Shown here one piece after another: positions 14,808 through 23,500 of a stretch of 32,000 nt of DNA; the stretch's first letter is position 1; the number at the start of each line of letters is the position of its first letter. The notes under the pieces are model-generated. The model worked only from the letters and a program-made list of their open reading frames with translations. It was not told the DNA's origin and ran no database searches. The stretch is from Phycisphaera mikurensis NBRC 102666 (lineage in GTDB: Bacteria; Planctomycetota; Phycisphaerae; Phycisphaerales; Phycisphaeraceae): NCBI RefSeq assembly GCF_000284115.1, contig NC_017080.1:1530001-1562000 (forward strand), read 5' to 3'. A program made the position numbers and the translations under genes.

Positions 14808-15920
14808 TCAAACAACCACCATCGCGTCGCCGAAGGAGTAGAAGCGGTAGGCCTCGCCGATGGCCTCCTCGTACCAGCCGAGCAGGCGGTCGAGCCCGAC
14901 GCCGGGCAGAGCGGCCACCAGCGCGAGCAGCGTCGACCTCGGCAGGTGGAAGTTGGTCAGGAGCAGGTCGGTGTTGCGGAAGGCGAAGCCCGCGTCGGGC
15001 CGGATGAACAGGTCGGTCTCGCCGGCGAGGCCGGCGGTCGGAGCCGGTTCGGGCAGCGGGAAGGGCAGGCTCTCCAGCGTCCGCACGCTCGTCGTGCCGA
15101 TCGCGAGCACGCGGCCGCCGGCGGCGCGGCTGGCGCGGAGGGCGTCGAGCGTCGCGGCGGGAGCGTGCCACCGCTCGGCGTGCATCGGGTGTTCGGCGAG
15201 CTCGTCGGCTCTCACCGGCAGGAAGGTGCCGGGGCCGACCTCCAGCGTGACCGCTTCGGTGCGCACGCCGGCGGCGCGGAGGCCGGCGAGCACGGCCTCG
15301 GTCAGGTGCAGGCCCGCGGTGGGCGCGGCGACGGAGCGTTGCGAAGCGGCGGAGCGGTCGGCGAAAACGGTCTGGTACCGCTCGGCGTCGCCGGGCAGGT
15401 CGGCGGGGCCGCCGGCCCGCTCGCGGGCCCGGAGCAGGTAAGGCGGCAGCGGCGGGAGGCCCACGCGGCGGAGGACCTCCAGCGACGCGTCGATCGGCAT
15501 CGGCTCGCCGGCGAGGTCCCGCGGCCGGAGGCGCCAGCGGCCGCCACCCCGCGGCGAGAGCAGCTCCAGCTCGCAGGCGTCGCCGAGCTGCAGCCGTTCG
15601 CCGATCCGCGGGCGGCCGCCGCTCTTGAGCATCGCGGTCCACAAGCCGGCGTCGTCGTGGCCGAGGTAGAGGCCGGTGACCCGCCCGCCGGTTCCGGCGC
15701 GGGTGGCCTCGAAGCGAGCCGGCAGCACCGCCGTTCGGTTCACCACCATGAGGTCGCCATCGCCGACCAGGCCCAGCCCCGGCAGGTCCGACACGCGGCG
15801 GTGGTGGACGCTCCCGGTGGCCCGGTCGCAGACCATCAGCCGCGCGCTGTCGCGGGGCTCCGCCGCGGTGGTCGCGATCAGCCGCTCGGGGAGGTGGAAG
15901 TCGAGTTCGTCGGTGCGCAC
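14808..15920 (-). CDS. queA: S-adenosylmethionine:tRNA ribosyltransferase-isomerase
   Basis: QueA blocks are present: LDFHLPERLIA, ERYQTVFA, VAAPTAGLHLT, IGTTSVRTLES, LLTNFHLPRSTLLALV and YRFYSFGDAMVV. The start is the GTG at 15920. Confidence 0.9.
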   Translation of the reverse strand: MRTDELDFHLPERLIATTAAEPRDSARLMVCDRATGSVHHRRVSDLPGLGLVGDGDLMVVNRTAVLPARFEATRAGTGGRVTGLYLGHDDAGLWTAMLKSGGRPRIGERLQLGDACELELLSPRGGGRWRLRPRDLAGEPMPIDASLEVLRRVGLPPLPPYLLRARERAGGPADLPGDAERYQTVFADRSAASQRSVAAPTAGLHLTEAVLAGLRAAGVRTEAVTLEVGPGTFLPVRADELAEHPMHAERWHAPAATLDALRASRAAGGRVLAIGTTSVRTLESLPFPLPEPAPTAGLAGETDLFIRPDAGFAFRNTDLLLTNFHLPRSTLLALVAALPGVGLDRLLGWYEEAIGEAYRFYSFGDAMVVV

Positions 15921-15926
15921 GCGGGC

Positions 15927-15932
15927 AAGCTA
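15927..15932 (-). promoter_or_regulatory. -10-like hexamer TAGCTT, 6 nt upstream of the queA GTG (leaderless candidate)
   Basis: The minus strand reads CCGTAGCTT-GCCCGC-GTG. Confidence 0.45.
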
Positions 15933-16056
15933 CGGCGGCCTCCGCCGCGGGCGCCCGCCGATCTACGATCGGCCACGCACGCCGCCCGCACCCCCTGGAG
16001 CCTGTCCCTTGGGTTTCTCTCGATCGAAGAGCCGACCCCGCGAGACGCGGGAATCG

Positions 16057-16245
16057 ATGATCCGCGACACGAGCCGCTTCCTCACCTGGGCGATGGCCGC
16101 CGACCGCGGCCTCGCCCGGATCCCCACCCGGCGGTCGGACGATGGCGGGTTCTCGGCGCTGATGCGGCGGCCGGCGGCCCGGCTGATGGCCTCGCACTGG
16201 TGGCACCGCGCGGTGGATCGAGCGGGCGAGGCGTTTGGCCGATGA
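16057..16245 (+). CDS. Possible small protein (62 aa), hypothetical
   Basis: The ORF (ATG to TGA) lies in the 407-bp queA-divergent gap. Its product is MIRDTSRFLTWAMAADRGLARIPTRRSDDGGFSALMRRPAARLMASHWWHRAVDRAGEAFGR. By eye, 57 of 62 codons end in G or C, matching the coding bias of neighbouring genes. I recognise no homology and no clear RBS. Confidence 0.35.
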   Translation: MIRDTSRFLTWAMAADRGLARIPTRRSDDGGFSALMRRPAARLMASHWWHRAVDRAGEAFGR

Positions 16246-16327
16246 CCCCGGCCGAAACGCGGGCCGGGACGCGGGCAGGCTCTACGCTGCCGACCCGCCC
16301 GCCGCACCCGCCTTCCCGAGCGCCCGC

Positions 16328-16999
16328 ATGAACGACGCCGCCACCGCACCCCTCCGCGCCCGCATCAGCAAGGGCTACCGCATCCGGCTGGCGCTCATCG
16401 GGCTCGGCCTGACCGCCTTCGGCTGCTGGGCGCTCTACGACGGCTTCATCGAGTACCCGCGGCGGGCGGAGGTGTACGCCCAGCTCCAGCAGATGCAGGA
16501 GGACCACGTCGACTGGGCCACCCGCTGGCAGGCGTACGCCGCCGAGCGTGGCCTCGAGACCAACCCCAACAAGGTCAAGCCGCTGGAGGACAAGGACATT
16601 TGGACGCAGTACGTCATGGCGGCGATCTGCCTGCCGATCGGCGGCTTCTTCCTCCTGAACTTCGTGCGGGCCAGCGGCCGCAAGGTCGAGGCCGACGCGC
16701 TGGGCATCCGCGGGCGCGAGGGCTCGGCGACCTGGGACGAGGTCCACGGCCTCGACGACGCCCGCTGGCGGACCAAGGGCATCTCCCGCGTGCTCTTCCG
16801 CGACGCCGGCGGCGCCGAGGGCAAGATCGTGCTCGACGACTGGAAGTACGAGCGGGAGCCCACCGTCGCCATCCACGCGCGGGTGGCGGAGAAGCTCGGC
16901 CTGGAGGACGGCGCCGCGGTGCCCGCGGAGGGCGCGGAGACGCCGCCTCCGGCCGAGGCGGCTGAAGCGGCTGAGCCCGACAAGCCCAGCGGGGCTTGA
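16328..16999 (+). CDS. Hypothetical membrane protein (two predicted TM helices plus a soluble C-terminal domain)
   Basis: ATG at 16328 gives 223 aa. The predicted TM segments are IRLALIGLGLTAFGCWALY and YVMAAICLPIGGFFLLNFV. The tail is acidic and Ala/Pro-rich. GC3 bias is strong. Confidence 0.7.
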   Translation: MNDAATAPLRARISKGYRIRLALIGLGLTAFGCWALYDGFIEYPRRAEVYAQLQQMQEDHVDWATRWQAYAAERGLETNPNKVKPLEDKDIWTQYVMAAICLPIGGFFLLNFVRASGRKVEADALGIRGREGSATWDEVHGLDDARWRTKGISRVLFRDAGGAEGKIVLDDWKYEREPTVAIHARVAEKLGLEDGAAVPAEGAETPPPAEAAEAAEPDKPSGA

Positions 17000-17013
17000 G
17001 GCGGCGGCGGCTC

Positions 17014-17034
17014 AGGCCCGCTGCGCAGCGGCCT
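17014..17034. terminator. Imperfect hairpin between convergent genes
   Basis: AGGCC(C)GCT-GCGC-AGCGGCCT forms 8 bp with one bulge, 15 nt after the stop at 16999. Confidence 0.25.
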
Positions 17035-17081
17035 CCGAATCCGCCGGTTCCGATCGCTCGCAAGCCGGGGAGGCTGCCCGC

Positions 17082-17732
17082 TTAGCCCTTGCGTCCGAAG
17101 TCGGCGGGGATCTCGCCCCAAGCCCTGGTGTCCCACACGCGGATGTCCGGTTTCGCGCCGGAGGGCTGGCTCTTCAGCCAGGCCAGCGCGTCCTCCAGGC
17201 GAGCGGCGACCCGCGATCCGGCCTTGCCGTCGCGGAGGAAGGCCGAGTTCAGCGCCCGCTTCCGCACCCAAGCCCGGGCCGTCAAGGAGTCGCTGTAGAG
17301 CGTCCGCTCCTCTCCGCCGGGCCGCCGCAGCGCGTCGACGATCGCGAGGAACTCGCCGAAGTTGGCGTTCGCTCCCGTGAAGGGTCCCTCCGCGAAGAGC
17401 ACCTCGCCGGTCTGGAGGTCCACGCCCCGGTACTCCATCACCCACCGCGTGGTGTCGCACGCGGCGTCGACGCAGGTCGCCGGGCCCGTCGGCCGGCCCC
17501 CGGGCGCCGCGGACCGCGACGCGAGGCCGGCGGATTCGGCCGCAGTCCGCGGCGCCGCGCCGCCCGCGTCGGGGTCGCCGGCGGCGAAGGCGGCCTCCGC
17601 TTGAGCCCGCGTCGCGTAGCCGTTCTGCCGTGCGCCCGGGAAGCCGCGGGTGGCCGCGAGCACGGGCGCCCAGGCGTCGAAGACGCCGGTCTCGCGGCCC
17701 GACCACACCACGTACGCCTTCTTCTTCGCCAT
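17082..17732 (-). CDS. rnhA: Ribonuclease H with N-terminal hybrid-binding (Cauli_VI/HBD) domain
   Basis: The N-terminus KKKAYVVWSGRETGVFDAWAPVLAATRGFPGARQNGYATRAQAEAAF matches the RNase H1 HBD pattern. A low-complexity linker follows. The RNase H-like core is CVDAACD...GEFLAIVDAL...LYSDSLTARAWV. Confidence 0.75.
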   Translation of the reverse strand: MAKKKAYVVWSGRETGVFDAWAPVLAATRGFPGARQNGYATRAQAEAAFAAGDPDAGGAAPRTAAESAGLASRSAAPGGRPTGPATCVDAACDTTRWVMEYRGVDLQTGEVLFAEGPFTGANANFGEFLAIVDALRRPGGEERTLYSDSLTARAWVRKRALNSAFLRDGKAGSRVAARLEDALAWLKSQPSGAKPDIRVWDTRAWGEIPADFGRKG

Positions 17733-17738
17733 GCGGCG

Positions 17739-17744
17739 AACCTA
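17739..17744 (-). promoter_or_regulatory. -10-like hexamer TAGGTT, 6 nt upstream of the RNase H ATG (leaderless candidate)
   Basis: The minus strand reads GTTCTAGGTT-CGCCGC-ATG. Confidence 0.45.
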
Positions 17745-17811
17745 GAACATCGGAGCCAATCGCGGAGCCACCGCCCGCGGCCCGGGGGCGAGAGCGCCCG
17801 GGAACGCGTCG

Positions 17812-18945
17812 CTAGCGCGGGCCGGTGGAGACCGCCGGGAGGCGCAGGTCGGCGAGGTCGCCGGCGAGCAGCAGGTCGTGCCCGGCGGCCGCGATCATCG
17901 CCCCGTTGTCGACGCAGTGGGCGGGCGCCGGCAGCCGGCACGGAAGCCCCCGCGCCTCCGCCCACGCCGTCACCCGCTCGCGGAGGTGGCGGTTCGCGCT
18001 GACCCCGCCGCCGAGCACGACCGCCCCGGGGGGCGTCCCCTCCGCCGCCAGCGCCTCCAGCGCCCGGCCGAGCTTCTTCACGATCACGTCGACGGCGGCA
18101 AACTGGAACGCCGCGGCCAGCGCCGCCCGCTCGGCCTCGGGAAGATCGGCCTCGCTCCGCGGGAAGCGCGTCTTCCCGTCCGGCCCCTTCTCCGGCTGGC
18201 CCCGCACCGCGTACAGCAGCGCGGTCTTGAGGCCGGAGAACGAGAAGTCCAGCGATCCGCGGCCGAGCAGCGAACGCGGCAGGCGCACCCGGGCGTCGGC
18301 CGCCTCGCGGGTGACACCCGCCGCCAGGCGTTCGATCGCGGGGCCGCCGGGGTGGCCGAGCCCGAGGATCTTCGCCGCCTTGTCGAAGGCCTCGCCCACC
18401 GCGTCGTCGAGGGTGGAGCCGAGCACGCGGGGGCTGCCCGCGTCGGGCACCGCGTAGAGGCTCGTGTGCCCGCCGGAGACGACGAGGCCGAGCTGCGGGA
18501 GGTCGGGGGTGTCGGGTGCCTCCGCCGCGGCGACGAATGTACCTGACACCTTCGCGGGTTCGCGCAGACGCGCAGCGACTAGGTGCGCCAGCACGTGATC
18601 CACACCCAGCAGCGGCACGCCCAGCGACCAGCTCATCGCCTTCGCCGCCGCGACGCCGACCACCAGCGAGCCGACGAGGCCGGGCCGGTTGCCGACGGCG
18701 ATGGCCGTCAGGTCCGCCGCGTCGACGCCCGACGCCTCGATCGCCCCGGCCAGCGTCGGCGTGAGCACGTCGACGTGCGCGCGGCTCGCCAGCTCGGGAA
18801 CGACGCCGCCGTAAGGCCGGTGCAGCTCGTGCTGGGTCGCCACGCGGGCACCCCGCACGAGCCAGCCGTTCTCGACGACGGCCGCGGCCGTCTCGTCGCA
18901 GCTGGTCTCGATCCCCAGGATCAGCGAGCGGCCCGGGCGGCTCAC
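17812..18945 (-). CDS. tsaD: tRNA N6-adenosine threonylcarbamoyltransferase
   Basis: TsaD blocks are present: LILGIETSCDETAAAVV, YGGVVPELASRAH, VSGGHTSL, DDAVGEAFDKAAKILGL, LDFSFSGLKTA, LGGGVSANRHLR and CVDNGAMIA. The GTG at 18945 overlaps the ctpA stop (GTGA). The product is 377 aa. Confidence 0.9.
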   Translation of the reverse strand: MSRPGRSLILGIETSCDETAAAVVENGWLVRGARVATQHELHRPYGGVVPELASRAHVDVLTPTLAGAIEASGVDAADLTAIAVGNRPGLVGSLVVGVAAAKAMSWSLGVPLLGVDHVLAHLVAARLREPAKVSGTFVAAAEAPDTPDLPQLGLVVSGGHTSLYAVPDAGSPRVLGSTLDDAVGEAFDKAAKILGLGHPGGPAIERLAAGVTREAADARVRLPRSLLGRGSLDFSFSGLKTALLYAVRGQPEKGPDGKTRFPRSEADLPEAERAALAAAFQFAAVDVIVKKLGRALEALAAEGTPPGAVVLGGGVSANRHLRERVTAWAEARGLPCRLPAPAHCVDNGAMIAAAGHDLLLAGDLADLRLPAVSTGPR

Positions 18946-20555
18946 GGCGCCGCCGCGGGCTCGGTCTCGCCCCCGCCGGCGTTCGCGTCCGCCGGCTCCG
19001 CCGCCTCTTCGAGCGCCGCTCTCGCCTCGGGCGAGACCGTCTCGACGGGCGCCAAGCCGGCGGAGCCGATCGTCTCGGGCTGCAGGCCCTCCAGCTCCTC
19101 GTTCACCCGGGCGAGCTGCTCCTGCAGCTGCTCCTTCGCCCGCACGAGATTCGCGCGCTCCTGCTCGGCGATCACCGCGTCGGCGTTCTTCTGCCCGACC
19201 TGCGGGAACTCGCCGGTCTCCAGCTTGCCCTCGATGGCGGTCAACGCGGCGGCGAGCTGCGGGTCGGAGAGGTTCTCGAGGATCCACGCCGGATCGACCT
19301 CGCCGGCCGCCGCGGCGGCGGCCAGCGTCTCCTGCACCCCGCGGTCGCGGCGGGCCTCGAGCATCGCGACGATCTCGTCGCGGGTCATCGGCACGTAGTC
19401 GCCGTCGGTGGGGTCCACGCCCCACTCCTTGTCGATGTCCTCGTCCTCGCCGAGGATCGGCCGCCGGTGGATGTTCCGGCCCGAGGGCAAGTAGTAGTAC
19501 GCGTTGGTGATCTTGAGAGCGCCGAGGTTCTTGTCGAGGACCTTGAGCTGCTGCACGCTGCCCTTGCCGAACGTCCGCGTGCCCACCAGCAGCGAGCGGC
19601 CGTTCTCGGAGAGCGCTCCCGCGACGATCTCCGCCGCCGAGGCCGAGGCCTCGTTCGCCAGCACCACCACCGCGACGTCCTCGGGCACGAGGGTCTCGGG
19701 CGTCGAGGTGAAGGTGCTCTCCCGCACCGCCCGCCCCCGCACCGACACGATCGTCTGGCCCCCGTCGAGGAACATGTCCGAGATCGCCTCGGCCGCGTCG
19801 AGCAGGCCGCCGGGGTTGAACCGCATGTCGAAGACGAGCCCCTTCATGCCGGCGTCCACGAGCGACCGGAGCGTGTCGCGCACCTCGCCAACGGAGTTCT
19901 CGTTGAACTGCGTGAGACGGAGGTAGGCGATCTTGGCCTCGGGATCGATCCAGTGGCGTTGGATCCCCTCGGCCCCGGACGCGAAGCCCTTGACGCTGTC
20001 GACCTTGATCCGGGCGCGGGTGATCGTGATCTCCTCGGTCTCGCCGCCCTCGTGCCGCACGACGATCGTGACGTCGGTGCCTTCCTCCCCGGTCAGCTTC
20101 TTGACCGCGTCGATGATGGACATCTCGAAGGTGTCCTCCCCGTCGATCGTCATCACGATGTCGCCGGCCTGCACGCCCTGGTTCCAGGCGGGCGAGTCCT
20201 CCAGCGGGCTGACGATCTGCAGCCGCTTCTCGGTCGCGTCGATCTGCACCTCCGCCCCGATGCCGGAGAACGAGCCGCTCACGTGCTTGTTGAAGTCCTC
20301 GAACTCCTCGGCCGTCATGTAGGCGGTGTAGGGGTCGTTGAGCGCCTCGATCATGCCCTTGACGCCCCCCTCGATGAGGTCGGTGCTGTCGGGCTCCTCC
20401 ACGTACTCCCGCAGCAGGTCGTGCCGCAGCGTCACGAAGAGGTCGATCTCGTCGAAGGTGTCTGCCGAGCGTGCCCAGGTCGGGTGCAGCGCGACCGTCA
20501 GCACGAGCGCCACGGCGGCGAGGGAGAGGTTGGTGGCGAGCTTCGAGCGCTTCAT
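18942..20555 (-). CDS. ctpA: Carboxyl-terminal processing protease (peptidase S41, PDZ domain) with a long acidic/coiled C-terminal extension
   Basis: S41 blocks are GIGAEV, the PDZ segment SPLEDSPAWNQGVQAGDIVMTIDGE, DMRFNPGGLLDAA, ASASAAEIVAGAL and GTRTFGKGSVQ. I prefer the ATG at 20555 (MKRSKLATNLSLAAVALVL signal, with TACGCT 6 nt upstream); the alternative is 20606. Confidence 0.85.
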   Translation of the reverse strand: MKRSKLATNLSLAAVALVLTVALHPTWARSADTFDEIDLFVTLRHDLLREYVEEPDSTDLIEGGVKGMIEALNDPYTAYMTAEEFEDFNKHVSGSFSGIGAEVQIDATEKRLQIVSPLEDSPAWNQGVQAGDIVMTIDGEDTFEMSIIDAVKKLTGEEGTDVTIVVRHEGGETEEITITRARIKVDSVKGFASGAEGIQRHWIDPEAKIAYLRLTQFNENSVGEVRDTLRSLVDAGMKGLVFDMRFNPGGLLDAAEAISDMFLDGGQTIVSVRGRAVRESTFTSTPETLVPEDVAVVVLANEASASAAEIVAGALSENGRSLLVGTRTFGKGSVQQLKVLDKNLGALKITNAYYYLPSGRNIHRRPILGEDEDIDKEWGVDPTDGDYVPMTRDEIVAMLEARRDRGVQETLAAAAAAGEVDPAWILENLSDPQLAAALTAIEGKLETGEFPQVGQKNADAVIAEQERANLVRAKEQLQEQLARVNEELEGLQPETIGSAGLAPVETVSPEARAALEEAAEPADANAGGGETEPAAAP

Positions 20556-20561
20556 GGCCCG

Positions 20562-20567
20562 AGCGTA
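20562..20567 (-). promoter_or_regulatory. -10-like hexamer TACGCT, 6 nt upstream of the ctpA ATG at 20555 (leaderless candidate)
   Basis: The minus strand reads CTCCGTACGCT-CGGGCC-ATG. Confidence 0.4.
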
Positions 20568-20641
20568 CGGAGCCGGCTTCCCGCGGGTTTGCCCGGTAAA
20601 CGTCATACTGGCGGCGCACCGGCGGCCCGCGACGCTTCTCG

Positions 20642-21454
20642 ATGCCCGAACGAGCCGACATGAACGCGTCGGAAGCCCTCGCGGTCCTGCGCCTCGTCGG
20701 CGAGTGCGAGGAGCTTTGGGCCGACCCGCAGGGCTGGCAGAGGCACCTGCTCGAGGGGGCCGTCGCGCTGGTCGGCGGGAAGACGGGCCTGTGGTTCGAG
20801 GCCGACCCGCACCCCGACGAGGTCTTCGACCTGCTCGACTCGGGCTGGAACCAGGGCGAGCGGCAGCACTTCCAGGCGGCCTGGGCGGCGCGGGCGCTGG
20901 ACTTCCACCCGGCGGCGGGGGCGATGATCCGCGCCTTCCGCGGCCGCGACGCGGTGACGCGGGAGCGGCGCGAGCACGTGGCCTGCCGCGACTGGTACCG
21001 GCACCCGGCGTACGAGCGCTTCGTGAAGCCGGCGGGCAACGACGACTACCTTTCCACCACGGTCCGGCGGCGCGACCGGCAGGAATCCGCCATCGTCGTG
21101 GTGAACCGCGCCCCCGGAGACCGCCGCTTCACCGGCCGCGACCACGCCGTGCTCCACCTGCTGGGCACCGCCATCGCCGAACGCGTCGGCGTCCGCCTCG
21201 CGACGCGGCGGCACCGCTGCCTGGAGGGCCTCTCCAGCCGCCGGCGCGGCGTCCTCTCCCGCCTGCTCGCCGGCGACGCCGAGAAGCAGGCCGCCGCGGC
21301 GCTGGGCATCCGCCCGGGCACGGTGCACGACCACGTCAAGGCGCTGCACCGCCACTTCGGCGTGCGGAGCCGCGGCGAGCTGCTCGCGTACTTCGTCGAG
21401 CGTCGGCCCCGGCCGCGGAACGCCGCGGACCCGGGCACGCGGCGTAAGCCGTGA
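20642..21454 (+). CDS. LuxR/GerE-family transcriptional regulator with an uncharacterised N-terminal sensor domain
   Basis: The C-terminal HTH is LSSRRRGVLSRLLAGDAEKQAAAALGIRPGTVHDHVKALHRHFGVRSRGELLAYF. The gene is divergent from ctpA. Confidence 0.8.
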   Translation: MPERADMNASEALAVLRLVGECEELWADPQGWQRHLLEGAVALVGGKTGLWFEADPHPDEVFDLLDSGWNQGERQHFQAAWAARALDFHPAAGAMIRAFRGRDAVTRERREHVACRDWYRHPAYERFVKPAGNDDYLSTTVRRRDRQESAIVVVNRAPGDRRFTGRDHAVLHLLGTAIAERVGVRLATRRHRCLEGLSSRRRGVLSRLLAGDAEKQAAAALGIRPGTVHDHVKALHRHFGVRSRGELLAYFVERRPRPRNAADPGTRRKP

Positions 21455-21475
21455 GCCGAATCCGCGAGGCTGCGC

Positions 21476-21481
21476 TAGCGT
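21476..21481 (+). promoter_or_regulatory. -10-like hexamer TAGCGT, 5 nt upstream of the cupin ATG at 21487 (leaderless candidate)
   Basis: The plus strand reads GCGCTAGCGT-CGCGG-ATG. Confidence 0.35.
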
Positions 21482-21486
21482 CGCGG

Positions 21487-21792
21487 ATGGAACACAGCAC
21501 CCACCGAAACGACGCCCCGACCGGCGACCGCGGCCAGAAGCAGCTCATCGAGGGCGACGGCGCTCTGCTCCGCCTCTGGCAGGACGCGCAGCCGGGACAG
21601 CACAGCGAGATGCACACGACGCCGTACGAGACGCTCGGCTACGTGATCTCCGGCCGCGGCATCTGCCACCTCGGCGACGAGGCGATCCCGCTCGGCCCCG
21701 GCACCGCCTGGCGGGTGCCCAAAGACACGCCGCACAGGTACGAGATCACCGAGGCGCTGACGGCGGTGGAGTCGATCACGCCGAGGCCCTGA
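21487..21792 (+). CDS. Cupin domain protein
   Basis: The cupin_2-like core is HSEMHTTPYETLGYVISGRGICHLGDEAIPLGPGTAWRVPKDTPHRY. I prefer the ATG at 21487; the alternative GTG at 21451 overlaps the LuxR stop. Confidence 0.7.
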   Translation: MEHSTHRNDAPTGDRGQKQLIEGDGALLRLWQDAQPGQHSEMHTTPYETLGYVISGRGICHLGDEAIPLGPGTAWRVPKDTPHRYEITEALTAVESITPRP

Positions 21793-21884
21793 GGCGCGGC
21801 CACCCCCCACGCTCCGGGCCGGAGCCGGGGCCGAAGGATCGGCGCTCCCGCCCCTGGGGCGCCGGCAGGCCGGCAGACGCTCGA

Positions 21885-21890
21885 TAGGCT
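21885..21890 (+). promoter_or_regulatory. -10-like hexamer TAGGCT, 6 nt upstream of the trkH GTG (leaderless candidate)
   Basis: The plus strand reads CTCGATAGGCT-CCGCGC-GTG. Confidence 0.45.
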
Positions 21891-21896
21891 CCGCGC

Positions 21897-23462
21897 GTGA
21901 ACTTCCGACGCGTGAGCCGGGCACTCGGCCTCCTGCTGCTGATGCTCTCCGCGTGCATGGCGATCGCGCTGGTCGCGGAGCTCTGCGGCTTCGGCACGCC
22001 GGATCCACGCTGGGAGCCGGTGGTGGAGTCCTTCGGCATCGCGCTGGCGATGGGGGCGCTGCTCGGCGCGGCCTTCATCTTCGGCGGCCGCGAGCCCGGC
22101 GCCCCGCTGCTGGACTCGCCCAACCGGCGGGAGGCCTTGCTCCTGGTCGGGACCGGCTGGCTGCTCGCGGCATCGGTCGCCGCGATCCCGTTCTACGCGT
22201 GGTCCTACCTGCAGCCGGCGGTGGGGGCCGAGCACCCCTTCGCCCGGTACGCGGCGTGCTGGTTCGAGGCGATGAGCGGCCTCACCGCGACGGGCGGGAC
22301 CGTCCTGGGCGAGCAGGGCAACACGATCGAGGCGCTGCCCTCGGGCCTGCTGCTCTGGCGCTCGGGTGTGCAGTGGCTCGGAGGCCTGGGCATCGTGGTG
22401 CTCTTCGTCGCGGTGCTGCCGCTGCTGGGCGCCGGGGCGAAGTCGATGCTCCGCTTCGAAACCAGCGGCCCGGTGAAGAAGGGCGTGCAGCCGCGCATCT
22501 CCGAGACCGCCCGGGAGCTGTGGCTGATCTACCTCGGCCTCACCTGTGCGTGCGCGGCGTTGCTCGCGACCGTCGGCGGGATGAGCCTCTTCGACGCCGT
22601 CAATCACACCTTCACCGCCGTCGCCACCGCCGGCTTCTCCACGCGCAACGCCAGCGCCGGCGCGTACGACAGCGTCGCGGTCGACACGATTCTGCTGTGC
22701 TTCATGGTGATCGGCGGCGTGAACTTCGCCCTCTACCACCAGCTGCTCAAGGGCCGGCTGGTGAGCGTCTGGCGAGACGCCGAGTTCCGCACCTACGCGT
22801 CGCTGCTGCTCATCGGCACCGCCATCGTCGCCTGCTGCATCGTCGGCACCGAAGTCACGCTGCTCACCGGCGAGGTCCGCGTGCCCGGCGTTGTCGACAG
22901 CCTCCGCTACGCCGGCTTCCAGGTGGCGTCGATCATGACGACGACCGGGCTCGCCACCGCGGACTTCGACCAGTGGGGTTTCGTGCCCAAAGCCGTGCTC
23001 TTCTCGCTCATGTTCGTCGGCGGCTGCGCGGGCTCCACCTCCGGCGGGCTCAAGGTCATCCGCGTGATGGTGATGTGCCGGATCTTCGCGGGCGACCTGG
23101 AAAAGGTTTACCGGCCGACGGTCATCCGCTCGGTGCGCATCGGCGGCGTGACGGTCACCGACGACCTCCGCCGCAGCGTGACGACCTTCGTGGTGACGAT
23201 GTTCGCGCTGGCGGGGCTCGGTGCCCTGTGCGTGAAGCTCATCCAGGGCGACGAGCTCGACGTGGTCTCCGCGGCGATGGCGTCGGTCGCGTGCCTCTTC
23301 AACATCGGGCCGGGCTTCCGGCAGGTGGGCCCGACGCAGAGCTTCGCCTTCTTCTCCGACGCCTCGCTGCTGATCCTCGGCTTGCTGATGGCCATGGGCC
23401 GGCTGGAGGTCTTCGCGCTGCTCGTGCTGGTCAGCCCCCGCTTCTGGCGCGACTCCTCGTAG
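21897..23462 (+). CDS. trkH: TrkH/KtrB-family potassium uptake protein
   Basis: The 521-aa product is polytopic. Repeated selectivity-filter-like segments are MSGLTATGGTV, TAVATAGFST, IMTTTGLATADF and GCAGSTSGGLKVIR, plus WLGGLGIVVLFVAVLP. Confidence 0.85.
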   Translation: MNFRRVSRALGLLLLMLSACMAIALVAELCGFGTPDPRWEPVVESFGIALAMGALLGAAFIFGGREPGAPLLDSPNRREALLLVGTGWLLAASVAAIPFYAWSYLQPAVGAEHPFARYAACWFEAMSGLTATGGTVLGEQGNTIEALPSGLLLWRSGVQWLGGLGIVVLFVAVLPLLGAGAKSMLRFETSGPVKKGVQPRISETARELWLIYLGLTCACAALLATVGGMSLFDAVNHTFTAVATAGFSTRNASAGAYDSVAVDTILLCFMVIGGVNFALYHQLLKGRLVSVWRDAEFRTYASLLLIGTAIVACCIVGTEVTLLTGEVRVPGVVDSLRYAGFQVASIMTTTGLATADFDQWGFVPKAVLFSLMFVGGCAGSTSGGLKVIRVMVMCRIFAGDLEKVYRPTVIRSVRIGGVTVTDDLRRSVTTFVVTMFALAGLGALCVKLIQGDELDVVSAAMASVACLFNIGPGFRQVGPTQSFAFFSDASLLILGLLMAMGRLEVFALLVLVSPRFWRDSS

Positions 23463-23500
23463 ACGCTGCGTGGCGGCCGGTTCGCGACCGGGGGCCCGCG

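Noticed and set aside
18946-21039. N-terminal ~700 residues of the 1075-aa ORF containing tsaD
   Set aside because: This is an alternate frame of the ctpA gene on the same strand. The TsaD homology begins at the GTG at 18945, which overlaps the ctpA stop.
21793-21896. Riboswitch (for example c-di-AMP/ydaO type) upstream of trkH
   Set aside because: The gap is only 104 nt. I could not recognise any conserved riboswitch core. The TAGGCT hexamer 6 nt from the GTG argues for a leaderless transcript.
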